From the IMG/VR virus record IMGVR_UViG_3300020147_000001, positions 2,724 to 66,723 of that record: a stretch of DNA of 64,000 nucleotides; one strand, 5' to 3'. The notes under the pieces are model-generated. The model was not told where the DNA came from. It was given only the letters and a program-made list of their open reading frames with translations, and did no database searches. This DNA comes from a virus. Positions 39,219 to 49,582 of this stretch are shown here, one piece after another (position 1 is the stretch's first letter; each line of letters begins with the position of its first letter). The translations under genes were made by a program, and so were the position numbers.

Positions 39219-39604
39219 TACACGAACTCCAAAACGTTAGGGGTGAGCCCTTCGCTTCGGCGTGCCGTGCGTACTGCGTTTGACTGAGTGCCGCTCTTGG
39301 CTGCGGAGTCCTACTTGGAGTCGGGCCGGTGGTTTTCCGTCGCCCTTGTCACTTCGGTTGCTGCGCGTACTTCCTAGAGGGGGTCAGCGACTACAGAGCA
39401 GGGTTCCTACGCAAGGATGTGAGACCTGATCTCGGTGATTTGCTTGGGTGCGACGGCCAGGGAAGGATAAGAAACCTGACCGTCGCTACCTCGAAGCCCG
39501 CGCCGGGATGAGCCGCGGAGAGCGTCTACTCCAGCCGTCATTTTTGTATGCTGGGGCACGTATGTCAACTGTAAGTTGATACAATTACATTTGTATACAC
39601 GTCG

Positions 39605-40891
39605 TTATTGACCTGGGCGTCGCGCGACAGATGTGGGGAAATCGCCGATGCGCGCGCGCTGCGGACGCGGCGGTTGCACGCCGCTCGAGCTTCCGGGGAG
39701 TTGGCTCACGGGCGGAAGCTGAGGGCGGCGGCCTGCCCATTGTCCGCCTTGTGGGTTGCCGGCTGGCACGCGCGGCTGACCTTGGGGCGCTGCGGGCTGC
39801 GCTGCAGCTTGCGGCGGCGCGTAGCCCGAGCGCTGCAGGTGAGCGTCGACCGACTGCATGGCGGCGAGCATGACGCGCTCGACGAACTCGCTTGTGAGGT
39901 CTTGGCCTTGGATCGAGGGCAGCATGTTGTTGAAGTGCCGCTCGAACTCTGCTTGCGCGAAGGGCGTGTTCACGAAGCCAAGCTTCGATGCGACCTTGGG
40001 CGCGATGTGCGTGAGCTGCTGGATGTAGATCTGCTGGACCTGCTCGTTGGTCGGGCCCTGCTGCTCCGTTTGCCGCGGCGCGGTCTGCGCGCGGAGGTTC
40101 CGGTTTTCGATCTCCAGGCGCTGCAGCGCTGCGCGTTGCGCGCGCAAGGCTTGGTGCACTTGGCGCTGCTCGGGCGTCATGCGGCGCTCGGCGTCGAGCT
40201 GCGTGCCGTAGATGATCGCGGCCTTGCTGAAGCCATCGAACTTGCCGAGGAACACCATGGCGTCCAAAAACTTCTGGCCGTCGTCCATGTCCGTGAGCAA
40301 GCGCTGCAAGCCTGCTTCGCGCGCTTGCAGCGAGTCGCGGTACTGGTAGAGCTCGCGCAGTTTGTTCGAGTAGTCAGCGTGGAGCTGGTAGCCCTTCACC
40401 GCTTCCGAAACGGGGATGCGGTAGGCTTTGCCGTCGACGCGCGCGGTGACGAACTTGTCGTTGAACTCGTCCGGAAGGTCGTCGGCCTCGAGCCACTTTT
40501 GGCGCTGATCGAGATAGCCGCGGACCTCCTCCATGTTGAGCACCTGCGCTTGCAGGGGCTGCTCGATGGGCTGGCCTTGCTCATCGTACTGCTGGCCTTC
40601 GACCGCGAGCGCTTGCGCTTGAGCGTCCTGGCCCTCGAACGGCGCGAACGGATCGGGCGCGTCGTAGCCGCGGTCGAGCACCTCAGCGTTCTGAACGTCG
40701 ATGCTTTGGCCGGGGATGCCATCGGCGCCGTGCACGGGCTGCTGCGACAGCTGCGGCATGATGCCGGCGCTGAACGCGTTGAACTCGCCCACACGGGCGC
40801 GTTGCTGAGAAGGGGCGAAGGTCGTTTGACCGCCCTGCGCGGGCGCTGCGGGAGCCGCTGCGGGGGCTCCTCCGGTTACTACATCAGCCAT
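39605..40891 (-). CDS. capsid scaffolding protein
   Basis: VDGKAYRIPVSEAVKGYQLHADYSNK scaffold motif; acidic N-terminus. Confidence 0.8.
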   Translation of the reverse strand: MADVVTGGAPAAAPAAPAQGGQTTFAPSQQRARVGEFNAFSAGIMPQLSQQPVHGADGIPGQSIDVQNAEVLDRGYDAPDPFAPFEGQDAQAQALAVEGQQYDEQGQPIEQPLQAQVLNMEEVRGYLDQRQKWLEADDLPDEFNDKFVTARVDGKAYRIPVSEAVKGYQLHADYSNKLRELYQYRDSLQAREAGLQRLLTDMDDGQKFLDAMVFLGKFDGFSKAAIIYGTQLDAERRMTPEQRQVHQALRAQRAALQRLEIENRNLRAQTAPRQTEQQGPTNEQVQQIYIQQLTHIAPKVASKLGFVNTPFAQAEFERHFNNMLPSIQGQDLTSEFVERVMLAAMQSVDAHLQRSGYAPPQAAAQPAAPQGQPRVPAGNPQGGQWAGRRPQLPPVSQLPGSSSGVQPPRPQRARIGDFPTSVARRPGQ

Positions 40892-40928
40892 CAGTCAGTC
40901 TGTCTTTCCCATCCCGGGGAGAAGTCGT

Positions 40929-43223
40929 TTAGACGGGCGCCCCAGCTGGAGGCGTGCTCGGCTCAGGCAGCGGCGTGCCCGTCGCGTGGACCTGTCCACC
41001 CTGTCCGCCTTGCGCCTGGGCCTGGTCGCTCGGCATGGCTTGCGGGACCGCCGGCGGGGCCTGCTGGCCTGCAACCGGCTGGCCCCCACCACCTGCGGGG
41101 CCGCCGCCTGGAGTGGCACCTGGGCCACCAGGCGGCATGAGACTCGGGTTGTTGGGCCCGGTCGCGAGCTGGCCCGTCGCCATCATGAACTCGAACATCA
41201 TGTTGCCGCGCGGCGCCATCGGGTTCGGGTAGATCGGCGGTGGCGGCGGCAGTCCCACAAACCCGGCACTCACCGGATTCATCTGCAGGTACTGCTGCAT
41301 GTGGTCCTTCATATGCAGTCGGATCCTTTGGATCGCCTGCATGTCCGGCTTTTCCGACGCCATCAGCTGCTCAAGCATGCTGAAGTGCATCGGGTAGTGC
41401 TTGAACGGGTCGTCCGCCTCGTTCACGTAGATCGGCGCTTCGCCCGTCACAAGGAGCTCGTTTTCCTTGCGGATGAGCTGCTCGCAGCTGTTTTCGGTCT
41501 TGAGCCAGCGCGTCGTATTGCCCGTGACCACCATCTCGTAGGCGGCAGCTCGATCCTCCGGCGGCATCTCACGCAGCGCGGTGATGAGCTGCAAGCGGCC
41601 CGCGGTGGACTGCATGAGCGGCGAGACCTGTTCGATCTCGATGCGCTGGATTCCGCTGAGGTCTTCCTTGGTGAACTCTGCGACGTACGAGCGCTGCTCG
41701 ATGCCGGCGATGTCGACGAGGAACGGCGTTTCGCCGTAGCGTGTGATGAGGTCTAATAGGATCTGCGCGCCTTCGATGCGGAACTTGCGCGCGGCGTCTT
41801 GGCGGAACGACTGGTAGCGAATGGCGATGCTGTCGAGCAGCGCATTCATCTCCCCCGATCGGACGTTTGGATCTGGGTCGCCGCGACTCGCAGCGTTCTG
41901 ACCCGATACTGTGTCCAGCATCTTGTGCAGATAGCTTTTGAGGTCCGGGAGCGTTGCTGGAACAGCAGCAAGCTGCACTGCCCGCGGCATCTGAGCATTC
42001 GGAGGAACATAGAACGCAGTACCTTGCGCAATCGCATCGATTGTTACCTCTGTGCCCTTCTCGATCGCGATGCTCTGCCGACCAAAGGTCGCGTAGTTCT
42101 GCATCTCGTCGCTGTTCACCTGGTTCAGCGCTTGCTGAATCGCGATGAGGTCCCACGCGTCGGCGTAGCCGAAAGTGCTTTCGATAAACTTGCCGCTCTG
42201 AATGACAGCGATCGGCAAGCCGCGCTTACGCGGGCTCGGGCCGTCCCAGAGGATGATGTCGTTGACCAGCATCACGTAGCGGCCTTCGGGCACCGCGGCG
42301 CAGCGCCGGTGGTAGAAGTGCTTGACGGTGAGCTGGTCTTTCGAGGTGTAGTACATCTCCTCGAGACGAAAGAGCGTGCCGAAGTCGTACTGGTCGAAGT
42401 CAGTGCGCGCAGCCAAGAGCTGCTCTTTGTGCTGCGGGAAGTTGGCGATCAGGTTCCAGCGGTTATCGAGCTCGCGTACAAGGCGCCACTGGTGCTCGCC
42501 GGAGATGCGCGTTTCTTGAACGAGCGTCCACGGGTAGACGAGCGACACGATGGGCTCGCCGCTTTTTTCGATCGTGTAGTGCTCGGTCGGCGTGCCGTCC
42601 TCGAGCGTCACCGGGCGCGGCACTTTCATGTCGTCGCCGCCCAAAAAATCCCAGCGGTAGTGCGTACCGGCGAGCCCAAACACGCCGTCGCCCTCGGCTG
42701 CTTCCATGTCGAGGGGCGCGGAGTAGCGCTTGTACAGCGCGTTGATGATCTTGTCGGTGAGCAGCGACTTCGCGATGGAGCGGTGGTCGCTGTTGTTCAC
42801 GAGCGCACGAAACGCCGCTGGTTCTCCGAGAGCCAGCGACGTTTGGTGCCGGATGTACGGGCGAATGAGATTGAGATGGAAGCGAATCAGCTCCAGCTCA
42901 TTGCCCGTAAATCCGATGCTTTGTGTAGCAAAGTCCCGAAGGTCATCAGGTGTCAAGCCATGGTGTGCGGCATAGGCCACCACCCACATGGGGAGCACGC
43001 CGCGGTTACGCGCGCTCTCGAAGTAGTTGTGCTCCTTGGCGCAGATCTCCGAGATGAAGTCGGGACCCGTCTTGCGCGCCCAATACACGGTCGCCGGGTC
43101 GATCTCCGGCTCGTCGACGGCCGCGAGCGGGTCGTCTTCAACAGCGAGTGGATCGGCAAGCGGATCGGCGAACGGTTCTGAGAAGGCGTCGAGTGGTTGT
43201 TCTTCTACTTCTTGCGGGAGCAC
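40929..43223 (-). CDS. portal protein
   Basis: 764 aa; NLIRPYI and LDTVSGQNAASRG..SG motifs; Pro/Gln tail; synteny. Confidence 0.85.
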   Translation of the reverse strand: MLPQEVEEQPLDAFSEPFADPLADPLAVEDDPLAAVDEPEIDPATVYWARKTGPDFISEICAKEHNYFESARNRGVLPMWVVAYAAHHGLTPDDLRDFATQSIGFTGNELELIRFHLNLIRPYIRHQTSLALGEPAAFRALVNNSDHRSIAKSLLTDKIINALYKRYSAPLDMEAAEGDGVFGLAGTHYRWDFLGGDDMKVPRPVTLEDGTPTEHYTIEKSGEPIVSLVYPWTLVQETRISGEHQWRLVRELDNRWNLIANFPQHKEQLLAARTDFDQYDFGTLFRLEEMYYTSKDQLTVKHFYHRRCAAVPEGRYVMLVNDIILWDGPSPRKRGLPIAVIQSGKFIESTFGYADAWDLIAIQQALNQVNSDEMQNYATFGRQSIAIEKGTEVTIDAIAQGTAFYVPPNAQMPRAVQLAAVPATLPDLKSYLHKMLDTVSGQNAASRGDPDPNVRSGEMNALLDSIAIRYQSFRQDAARKFRIEGAQILLDLITRYGETPFLVDIAGIEQRSYVAEFTKEDLSGIQRIEIEQVSPLMQSTAGRLQLITALREMPPEDRAAAYEMVVTGNTTRWLKTENSCEQLIRKENELLVTGEAPIYVNEADDPFKHYPMHFSMLEQLMASEKPDMQAIQRIRLHMKDHMQQYLQMNPVSAGFVGLPPPPPIYPNPMAPRGNMMFEFMMATGQLATGPNNPSLMPPGGPGATPGGGPAGGGGQPVAGQQAPPAVPQAMPSDQAQAQGGQGGQVHATGTPLPEPSTPPAGAPV

Positions 43224-43255
43224 CTCAGGAGGCCTTGCTCATCCCGGAGCAGGTT

Positions 43256-43795
43256 TCAGCAGAGTGAGAGCGTCACGTACCGCGGGTGTTCCATGCCGCG
43301 CTTGCCTGCAGCGTCTGGCTGCAAGATGGACCAGGGCGCCGCGAGCTTGCCCAGCTCTTCTAGGAACGAGGCGCGGTCGAGCTCGGAGTGCCAGCCGCGC
43401 TCGGACTCGGTCCAGTGGTCTTTGGCGCAGATCGGCCCGTAGACCTTCATGTCGCCCGCGAGCTCTTCGACGGGTGTGTGGACCGTGATGCGCGCGCCGT
43501 CCGGTGCCTCGCGGTACGTCTGTGCGTCTTTCATGCGCTTACGGCCGTAGCTCTTGCGCACGACCACGTAGACCACGGTGCCCTTGTTGAAGCCGTCTGT
43601 ATTCAGACGGTCGGTGAGGCACTCGTTCAAAAGCTCTTCCGCAAGGTCTGGGAACTTCTGGCGCAGCAGATGGGCTGCTGCGTCGATCTCTTCGTGCGGC
43701 GGCGCCAAAAAGCGCGTGTTGTAAGTGATCTCGATCTTCTTCTCGGTCGGCTTGGGGGCGTCTTTGGCCTCCGAGCGCTCTTTTTCCAAAGGCAT
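43256..43795 (-). CDS. hypothetical late protein
   Basis: ATG at 43795 downstream of a late hairpin motif. Confidence 0.65.
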   Translation of the reverse strand: MPLEKERSEAKDAPKPTEKKIEITYNTRFLAPPHEEIDAAAHLLRQKFPDLAEELLNECLTDRLNTDGFNKGTVVYVVVRKSYGRKRMKDAQTYREAPDGARITVHTPVEELAGDMKVYGPICAKDHWTESERGWHSELDRASFLEELGKLAAPWSILQPDAAGKRGMEHPRYVTLSLC

Positions 43796-43828
43796 CTTGG
43801 TCTGTCTCTTTCCCATCCCGGGCAAAGC

Positions 43829-44407
43829 TCAAAAGTCGACGAGATCGTGCGCGTTGTCGTCAGCGATCACCGCGACGCGCTCGACGTTGCTGCGCAGCAC
43901 TCCGTCTACAGCCTTTGCTTGGCCGCCGTCCGGGCCAGCCATCCGCGCAATCTTCGCGGGGTCAATGCCGTCGAACATGCTGAAGTCAGGCTTCTCGATC
44001 AGCTTGCCGTCGAGCAAGATCGGCTCGCCCTTCTCCGCAAGCTCGATGAGGTCCTTGCCCGACAGGAAGGGATCGTGTGCCGGCGGTTCAGCTGTCTTGA
44101 GGTCGCCGATGCGCGCGCTGTGCTCGCGCTTGACTGCGAACGCGCTCGGGTTCGTGCAGAGGTGCTGGATGTGGTCGAAGTCGACCACCCAGCAACCTCC
44201 CGGGTTCTCCCCTTGAGGTTCCGAACCGCGGACAGCACGGCTGCTTGCGAGCACGTAGACGCCCATGCGCAATGGGTCGATGTAGTCCCAGCGGCGATTG
44301 CCGAGCTCAACCGATGCGGGATCGAGCCCGAAGGGGTTCGCTTTCAGCAGCTCACGGCGGCTGTCGATGAACTTCTGGCCGATAGCGCGTAGCTCGTCGT
44401 CGGTCAC
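43829..44407 (-). CDS. hypothetical late protein
   Basis: 192-aa coupled ORF. Confidence 0.65.
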   Translation of the reverse strand: MTDDELRAIGQKFIDSRRELLKANPFGLDPASVELGNRRWDYIDPLRMGVYVLASSRAVRGSEPQGENPGGCWVVDFDHIQHLCTNPSAFAVKREHSARIGDLKTAEPPAHDPFLSGKDLIELAEKGEPILLDGKLIEKPDFSMFDGIDPAKIARMAGPDGGQAKAVDGVLRSNVERVAVIADDNAHDLVDF

Positions 44408-44748
44408 TCGGTCTCCTTGAGGAGCTCATCGAGGTCGACTTCTTCGATCTTCTCGGGCAGCGCGGGGATCTTGGGCTTGTCAGCTCTCACCCGCTTCGGC
44501 GCAAAATACGACAGCGCTTCCTCGCGCGACTTCACCACGATGGTGCCGTCCGGGTAGGTGATGACGGCATCGCCTGCGCGCACGTTGGTGAGCTGCTTTT
44601 CGAGGCCCGTCATCGTCACGCCGACAACCAGTGTGTCTTCGTGATGGCTTGCCGGGGCGACGGCGATATGGGGGGTCTTGGTTGGGCTCTCGTAGAAGAC
44701 GAGATCGACTTCTGCGGGCGGGGGAACAATCTCTACGTACTTGGCCAC
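44404..44748 (-). CDS. hypothetical late protein
   Basis: 114-aa ORF downstream of a late hairpin motif. Confidence 0.6.
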   Translation of the reverse strand: MAKYVEIVPPPAEVDLVFYESPTKTPHIAVAPASHHEDTLVVGVTMTGLEKQLTNVRAGDAVITYPDGTIVVKSREEALSYFAPKRVRADKPKIPALPEKIEEVDLDELLKETE

Positions 44749-44792
44749 CAGGTTTGCATCGTTCTCATCCCGGAGAATCTAGCTTTGGTGTT

Positions 44793-44869
44793 TGGCTGTG
44801 GAGGCTGGATTCGAACCAGCGGACTCCGACTTAACAGGCCGGCGCTCGTACCGCACGAGCAACTCCACA
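44793..44869 (-). tRNA. tRNA-Asn (GUU)
   Basis: tgtggag/ctccaca acceptor stem, ccggc-CTGTTAA-gtcgg anticodon arm, GGTTCGAATCC T arm, G73-CCA; D-loop atypical. Confidence 0.85.
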
Positions 44870-44877
44870 ATGCGGGT

Positions 44878-45084
44878 TCACTTCGCGACGAGTGCGCGCA
44901 CAGCCGCGTCCTTGCTCTCCAAGAGCTTCCGGAGCGCCACCGTGCGCTCGGGATTTCGGGGCAACTGCATGATGTGCTCGTGCGCGATCGTGAAGAACGG
45001 CGCCGAGACGCTTTGCAGGTGGGCGGGCAAGTGCCCGTACTCGAAGAACTGCAAGATGTGTTCGGTCTGGGGCTGGTCGCTCAT
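44878..45084 (-). CDS. small helical-hairpin phage protein (possibly Acb2/Tad1-like fold)
   Basis: FEYGHLP..LQ.VS..F...LPRNPERTVALRKLLESKDAAVRA. Confidence 0.7.
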   Translation of the reverse strand: MSDQPQTEHILQFFEYGHLPAHLQSVSAPFFTIAHEHIMQLPRNPERTVALRKLLESKDAAVRALVAK

Positions 45085-45643
45085 TCGGAGGTCTCAGGTG
45101 TGGGGTCGGGAAGCGCTTTGTAGGCCTGCTCTACGGCCATCAGGGCCGAACAGAGGCGCTCGGCTGGCCACTCGGGTTGGACCAAGGCCACGGCGACTGC
45201 CGTGTCGATGCCCGCGTGCTCAGGCCGGGCAAGCGTGATGCGGATGCCGTAGCCGTGCGGGTAGTGGGCGAAGGTCCAACGCGCTTGGGCTGGGTCCATA
45301 AAATCCTACGGCAAGATACATGACCCGGGCTACTTGCGCATCTGGCCGCCGTACGCCAGCGACAGCTTCGTCGTCTCTTTGATGCAGTCGTTGACCCGGT
45401 GGGTCGTCTCGACGAACGCCCGCTCATGCTTGGACACCTCACCCCGGAGCTCGTCCCGGTCGCGCAGGGTCTCCGCCCGGAGCTTCGAAAGCTCGTCCCG
45501 GATGTTGGCGAGCTCGGCGAGCGCGCGCTTGCCGGCGAGCGCCTCTTCGATCTCAGGGGTCGGCCACAAGGCCCGGATGAGATACACGAGAACCGTGGAT
45601 ATGCCGCCAAGGGCTGCGACCCACACCAAAGCTTCTGAAAACG

Positions 45644-47470
45644 TCACCGTCTGCCTCCGTTGAACATGCGCAACCTGCCCCGCTGGCCGATGCCATGGGC
45701 GGCCTTTTGGGCCTCCTCCAGCGCCAGCTCATGGGCAGGCTTCGGGACCCAGGGCAGCCGGTCGATGACCGTCGCGCCCTCGGGAAAACTCACCATGATG
45801 TGCACCGGCGGGTGCGGCCGTGCGTTGGTCGACAGCTCGACGCGTCGCACCATGTAGACAAGCGCCGCCAGTGCGTCGAAGTGGCCGTACACCTTGTGCT
45901 CGGCGAGCTTGCCGCGTTTGTCGCGCTTGCCCGCGGCCACGTGATCGATCACCGGGCCCGCGTCGGGCGCGAACCACATTCGGCCTTCGGCGACCCAATT
46001 GCGCAGATTGCGCAGCATCGTCACGAGCTCTTCTTTGCTCGTCGCCAGAAACTCGAGGCCGTAGTGGTCGTCGATGTCGCGGATGAGCTGCTTGTCCACG
46101 TCGGAGACGCGTGCGTGCGGGTTCACGTGGAACCCTTGCCGGTCGTAGTAGGGGACTATGGCTCCCGGGATGGGCTGGGTGATGAACTGCCCCGGGAAGC
46201 GCTCTTGCGTTGGCCGCTCGCGCTCGGCCGTCTGCGCCATCTTGAAGAGCTCGGGCGCTAGGCTCTCGTACTTGTCCCCGCGTAGAAGATCTCGCCATCC
46301 GAGATGTACGCCATCGTGCTGTAACGGAATGCGCCGCATACGCACATCCGGCCAACGGCCCCAAAGCACGTACTCTCGTGCTGCGCAGACCGCGCTGACC
46401 TCCATGCTACCGGCGTTACTCTTGGCCCAGCTGTCGAGGATGAGGAGTCTGTCGGTGTCGAAGTCATACTCGCCCCAGACGAGGGCGAAGAGGTGGGTTT
46501 GGCCGGGGTCGGCGGCGGTGAAGCCGTAGGCGTATTTGGGTCTTTCGAAGCGGCGGACATGCTGTTCTTTGTTGAACTCGGGGACCGCTTTGAGCGTGGG
46601 GTCGCCGGCGATGACGTTGAAGTATTCGCGCTCGCAGTTCGGATCGCCACGGCCGCCCGCCATGCTGATCCAGTGGTCTTTTTCACGCCGCGTGAGCCGC
46701 GTGTTGTCCTCGATCGTCACCTCGCTGAATGCCCCGCGCCGCTTGGCGTCGGGCATGATCTTCAGCTCCCAGTCGGTATCGATGTCCTCGGGCGCCGAGG
46801 TCTCGATCACCATGCGCGCCCACGGGCGGCCCTGGTACTGGTGGATCAGAACGTTGCGAACCGTGTACTCGAGGTTCTCGATGAACGCGGCTTCCGAGAT
46901 GAAGTCAAAATCGTTGGCTTGGCCCCGTAAAGCATCCGGGTTTTTGTCGATGCCAGAGAGGGCCAATCGCATGCCGCCGGTTGGCCCGTCCTTGGGCCAG
47001 TACAGACCAGCCGGCAGCACGCCGCGCTTGCCGTGGTAGACGGGCGAGCAGCTGTCAGGCGCCGTGCGGAAGCACTCGGGCATGACCGAACCGACGATCT
47101 CGTCGATGTTTTTCTGGAAGGCGCTGGTGAGGCGCATGACGGCGGGGCGCTTGTACTTCGCGTAGAAGTCGACCCCGAGCATGTGCGCGAGCCAAAGGAT
47201 CAGCGACGTTTTGCCGAAGCGCTTGCCGCCGGCGATCGCGTAAATCAGCGGAATGGAGCCGATCTCATCGGCCTGTTCCAGCGGGTCGAGCTGCTTCCAG
47301 GCGTAAACCGCGTCGCATAGGCGGACCTGGCCCTCGTGCATGAGAATGCGGAGGTCGCCGGTCTCCCAGGCGAGCGTCATGAGCTCGTCGTCGGACAGCC
47401 CGACGAGGTCTTCCTGCTGGAGCAGCTTCTGGTAGACGAGCTCGTCGTCTAGGCCGTCGTCAGGTTCCAA
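45644..47470 (-). CDS. terL: terminase large subunit
   Basis: Walker A GGKRFGKT, Walker B FISEAAF, ETS coupling motif, nuclease AADPG and HFDALAALVY. Confidence 0.9.
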   Translation of the reverse strand: MEPDDGLDDELVYQKLLQQEDLVGLSDDELMTLAWETGDLRILMHEGQVRLCDAVYAWKQLDPLEQADEIGSIPLIYAIAGGKRFGKTSLILWLAHMLGVDFYAKYKRPAVMRLTSAFQKNIDEIVGSVMPECFRTAPDSCSPVYHGKRGVLPAGLYWPKDGPTGGMRLALSGIDKNPDALRGQANDFDFISEAAFIENLEYTVRNVLIHQYQGRPWARMVIETSAPEDIDTDWELKIMPDAKRRGAFSEVTIEDNTRLTRREKDHWISMAGGRGDPNCEREYFNVIAGDPTLKAVPEFNKEQHVRRFERPKYAYGFTAADPGQTHLFALVWGEYDFDTDRLLILDSWAKSNAGSMEVSAVCAAREYVLWGRWPDVRMRRIPLQHDGVHLGWRDLLRGDKYESLAPELFKMAQTAERERPTQERFPGQFITQPIPGAIVPYYDRQGFHVNPHARVSDVDKQLIRDIDDHYGLEFLATSKEELVTMLRNLRNWVAEGRMWFAPDAGPVIDHVAAGKRDKRGKLAEHKVYGHFDALAALVYMVRRVELSTNARPHPPVHIMVSFPEGATVIDRLPWVPKPAHELALEEAQKAAHGIGQRGRLRMFNGGRR

Positions 47471-47816
47471 CCTCCGTCACAATCTCATCCCGGAGCTTGT
47501 GTGGTTGGTTGTGTCGCGTCGCGATGGTGTGACGCGCAGTCTGCAAAAGCGCTGCCAAGGTGCGGCTGCACTCGGCGTAGAACGCGTTGCGCGGTCGCGC
47601 GTAGCTCACCGTCGCGCTCAGGTCCACGTCCGCTTCGACCTGGATAAGTCGAAGCTTGAGCTCGTGGTTGCCCTTGCCCGGCACCGCGACAAAGCTCCAC
47701 GGAAACCTGTGGCCGCGGTCATCAAACACCTGGTTGGCAATCCCGACCGCGGTCGGCTGAGTCAGTGCGATCATGTTACGCAATCCTTGTAGCACGGGGT
47801 TGATACTACGGGACAT
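47460..47816 (-). CDS. hypothetical protein upstream of terL
   Basis: 118-aa coupled ORF; no clear TerS motif. Confidence 0.55.
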   Translation of the reverse strand: MSRSINPVLQGLRNMIALTQPTAVGIANQVFDDRGHRFPWSFVAVPGKGNHELKLRLIQVEADVDLSATVSYARPRNAFYAECSRTLAALLQTARHTIATRHNQPHKLRDEIVTEVGT

Positions 47817-48664
47817 CAGGCGCGGATCCGCACGCCCATTTCTGGATCAAGAAGCGGTCGCGCGCGCTCCGGTGCGTAGACCGGCTCTAATTCGCCGTCC
47901 GGGTGCTTTCGCTCCAGAAACCGGATAGGCCGTGAGGTCATCCAAGCCGTGAGGGCGCGCGCGTGGGCGCGCTGCTTTTCCTCGTCGACGAGCTCGCAAA
48001 CAAGCCCGTTCGCGCTCTTGGCCATGTAGCAGGCGAAGAGAAACCACCAGCTGTGCAGCATAAACAGCTGACCCAGGCTGCAGCCCACCGTGCTCGGCAG
48101 CGTAAGCGCGCAGGCGCCAAAGTAGGAGCCGAGGAAGGCTAAGCGCCAGACGCCATTGTCCAAGCCGAACACCGAAACGCTTTCGGTCTTCGCCGGGGGC
48201 TCGGGCTTGTCGGTGCTGTAGGCCATGGCCGCAGATGTCAGGTGTCATGTCACTCTCGAAAGTGCAACCACATCTCGATCAGCATCGAGACCCCGAGCGC
48301 GCCGCAAAGCGACAGCCCGACCACGTAGGCGATTTCGATGGGTGGCACGTTGCCGAAGTACAAAATGGGAACTTCCATGGCGATGCCTACGCCTGCGGCG
48401 CGTGCATAGGTTCCGAGATCTAGCTCATCGTCGGCGGTTCGAAGCCACGCCTTGAGGCTCGCCAGTACACCACGAGCGAAGTGCATACAACTGTGGCCCA
48501 GAATAGCACGAGGTGCCCAAGCACGATGCACACGTACTCGGCCGACGTTCTGGCCCAGATGAGTCCGTTGGACATGCCGGGCAGCAGCCAGCAGTACCAG
48601 ATGTCAGCTGAGCCGATGAGCGCGACCTTCAATCCGATGATCAACGCCATTTTCACACTTAACC

Positions 48665-49582
48665 TCACCTGTAGTTCCGGATCACAAGCTCGTGGCGCAC
48701 GCCGCGCCCGAGGTCGTTGGCGGCGATCATCTGGGTCGTCGAGACCTCGGTCAAGTTGTACGCCGGGCTGTCGAAAAGATCGCGCACGAGCTCGGTGTCC
48801 ACGTGCGTCAGCATGAAGCGGCAACCCGCCTCGTGAACCTGCCGTATGCATAGTTCCAGCGTCATGAGGTGCGTCGTCGACCAGCGGTTTTTGTCGTAGG
48901 CGGTGAAGCTGTCTTGCTCGTCGTTGAGGTAGGGCGGGTCACAGAAGAAGAACGCGTTTTCCGGATCGATGATGTCGAGCGAGTGTTTGACCTGCTCGTC
49001 GATGAATGCGTCAAACGGCAAGCTCGTGCGCGTGCAGCGCCCGAGCACTTCGGCGGCATTTTGCAACTCGCCGTGGAGCGCGAGCGGTGTCGGACGCCAT
49101 TTCGCGTTCGGGTTCGGGCTGACGTTGAAGTCGCCCTCGGCGTTCACGCGATACAGGCCGTTGTAGCCGCACTTGTTGAGGTAGATGAAGAGCGCTGCGT
49201 GCGTGACACCCAAGCACATGTCAGTCGCCAAGCGCTGATCGCGGACCAAAAGCCGAAGCGCGTTGAAGGTTGCGCGTGCTTCGCGGTAGGCCGTCGCGCT
49301 GTGCCGCGACGCGAGTCGGCAAGCAAGCTCGGCGACGGCGCCCGGGCAGTACGCGACTGCGCGGTAGCACTGGATGAGGTCCACGTTCGCGTCGTTGATG
49401 TTCCAGCGAAAGAGCGTCCGCAGGTCCCTGCGCCAGTGCTCGGCGATGTGAAACAGCATCGCGCCGCCGCCGACAAACGGCTCTGCGTAGTGGTGGATGT
49501 CTTCAGGCTTCGGCAGGAGAGGGGCAAGTTGGGGCAAAAGCTTGCCCTTGCCCCCTACCCATTTCAGGATCGGAGTCGCCAT
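48665..49582 (-). CDS. dam: Dam-family N6-adenine DNA methyltransferase
   Basis: LKWVGGK, EPFVGGGA, YLNKCGYNGLYRVN, DPPY. Confidence 0.95.
   Translation of the reverse strand: MATPILKWVGGKGKLLPQLAPLLPKPEDIHHYAEPFVGGGAMLFHIAEHWRRDLRTLFRWNINDANVDLIQCYRAVAYCPGAVAELACRLASRHSATAYREARATFNALRLLVRDQRLATDMCLGVTHAALFIYLNKCGYNGLYRVNAEGDFNVSPNPNAKWRPTPLALHGELQNAAEVLGRCTRTSLPFDAFIDEQVKHSLDIIDPENAFFFCDPPYLNDEQDSFTAYDKNRWSTTHLMTLELCIRQVHEAGCRFMLTHVDTELVRDLFDSPAYNLTEVSTTQMIAANDLGRGVRHELVIRNYR

Noticed and set aside
47460-47816. Terminase small subunit
   Set aside because: The position fits, but no recognisable HTH or oligomerisation signature is present, so it is left as hypothetical.
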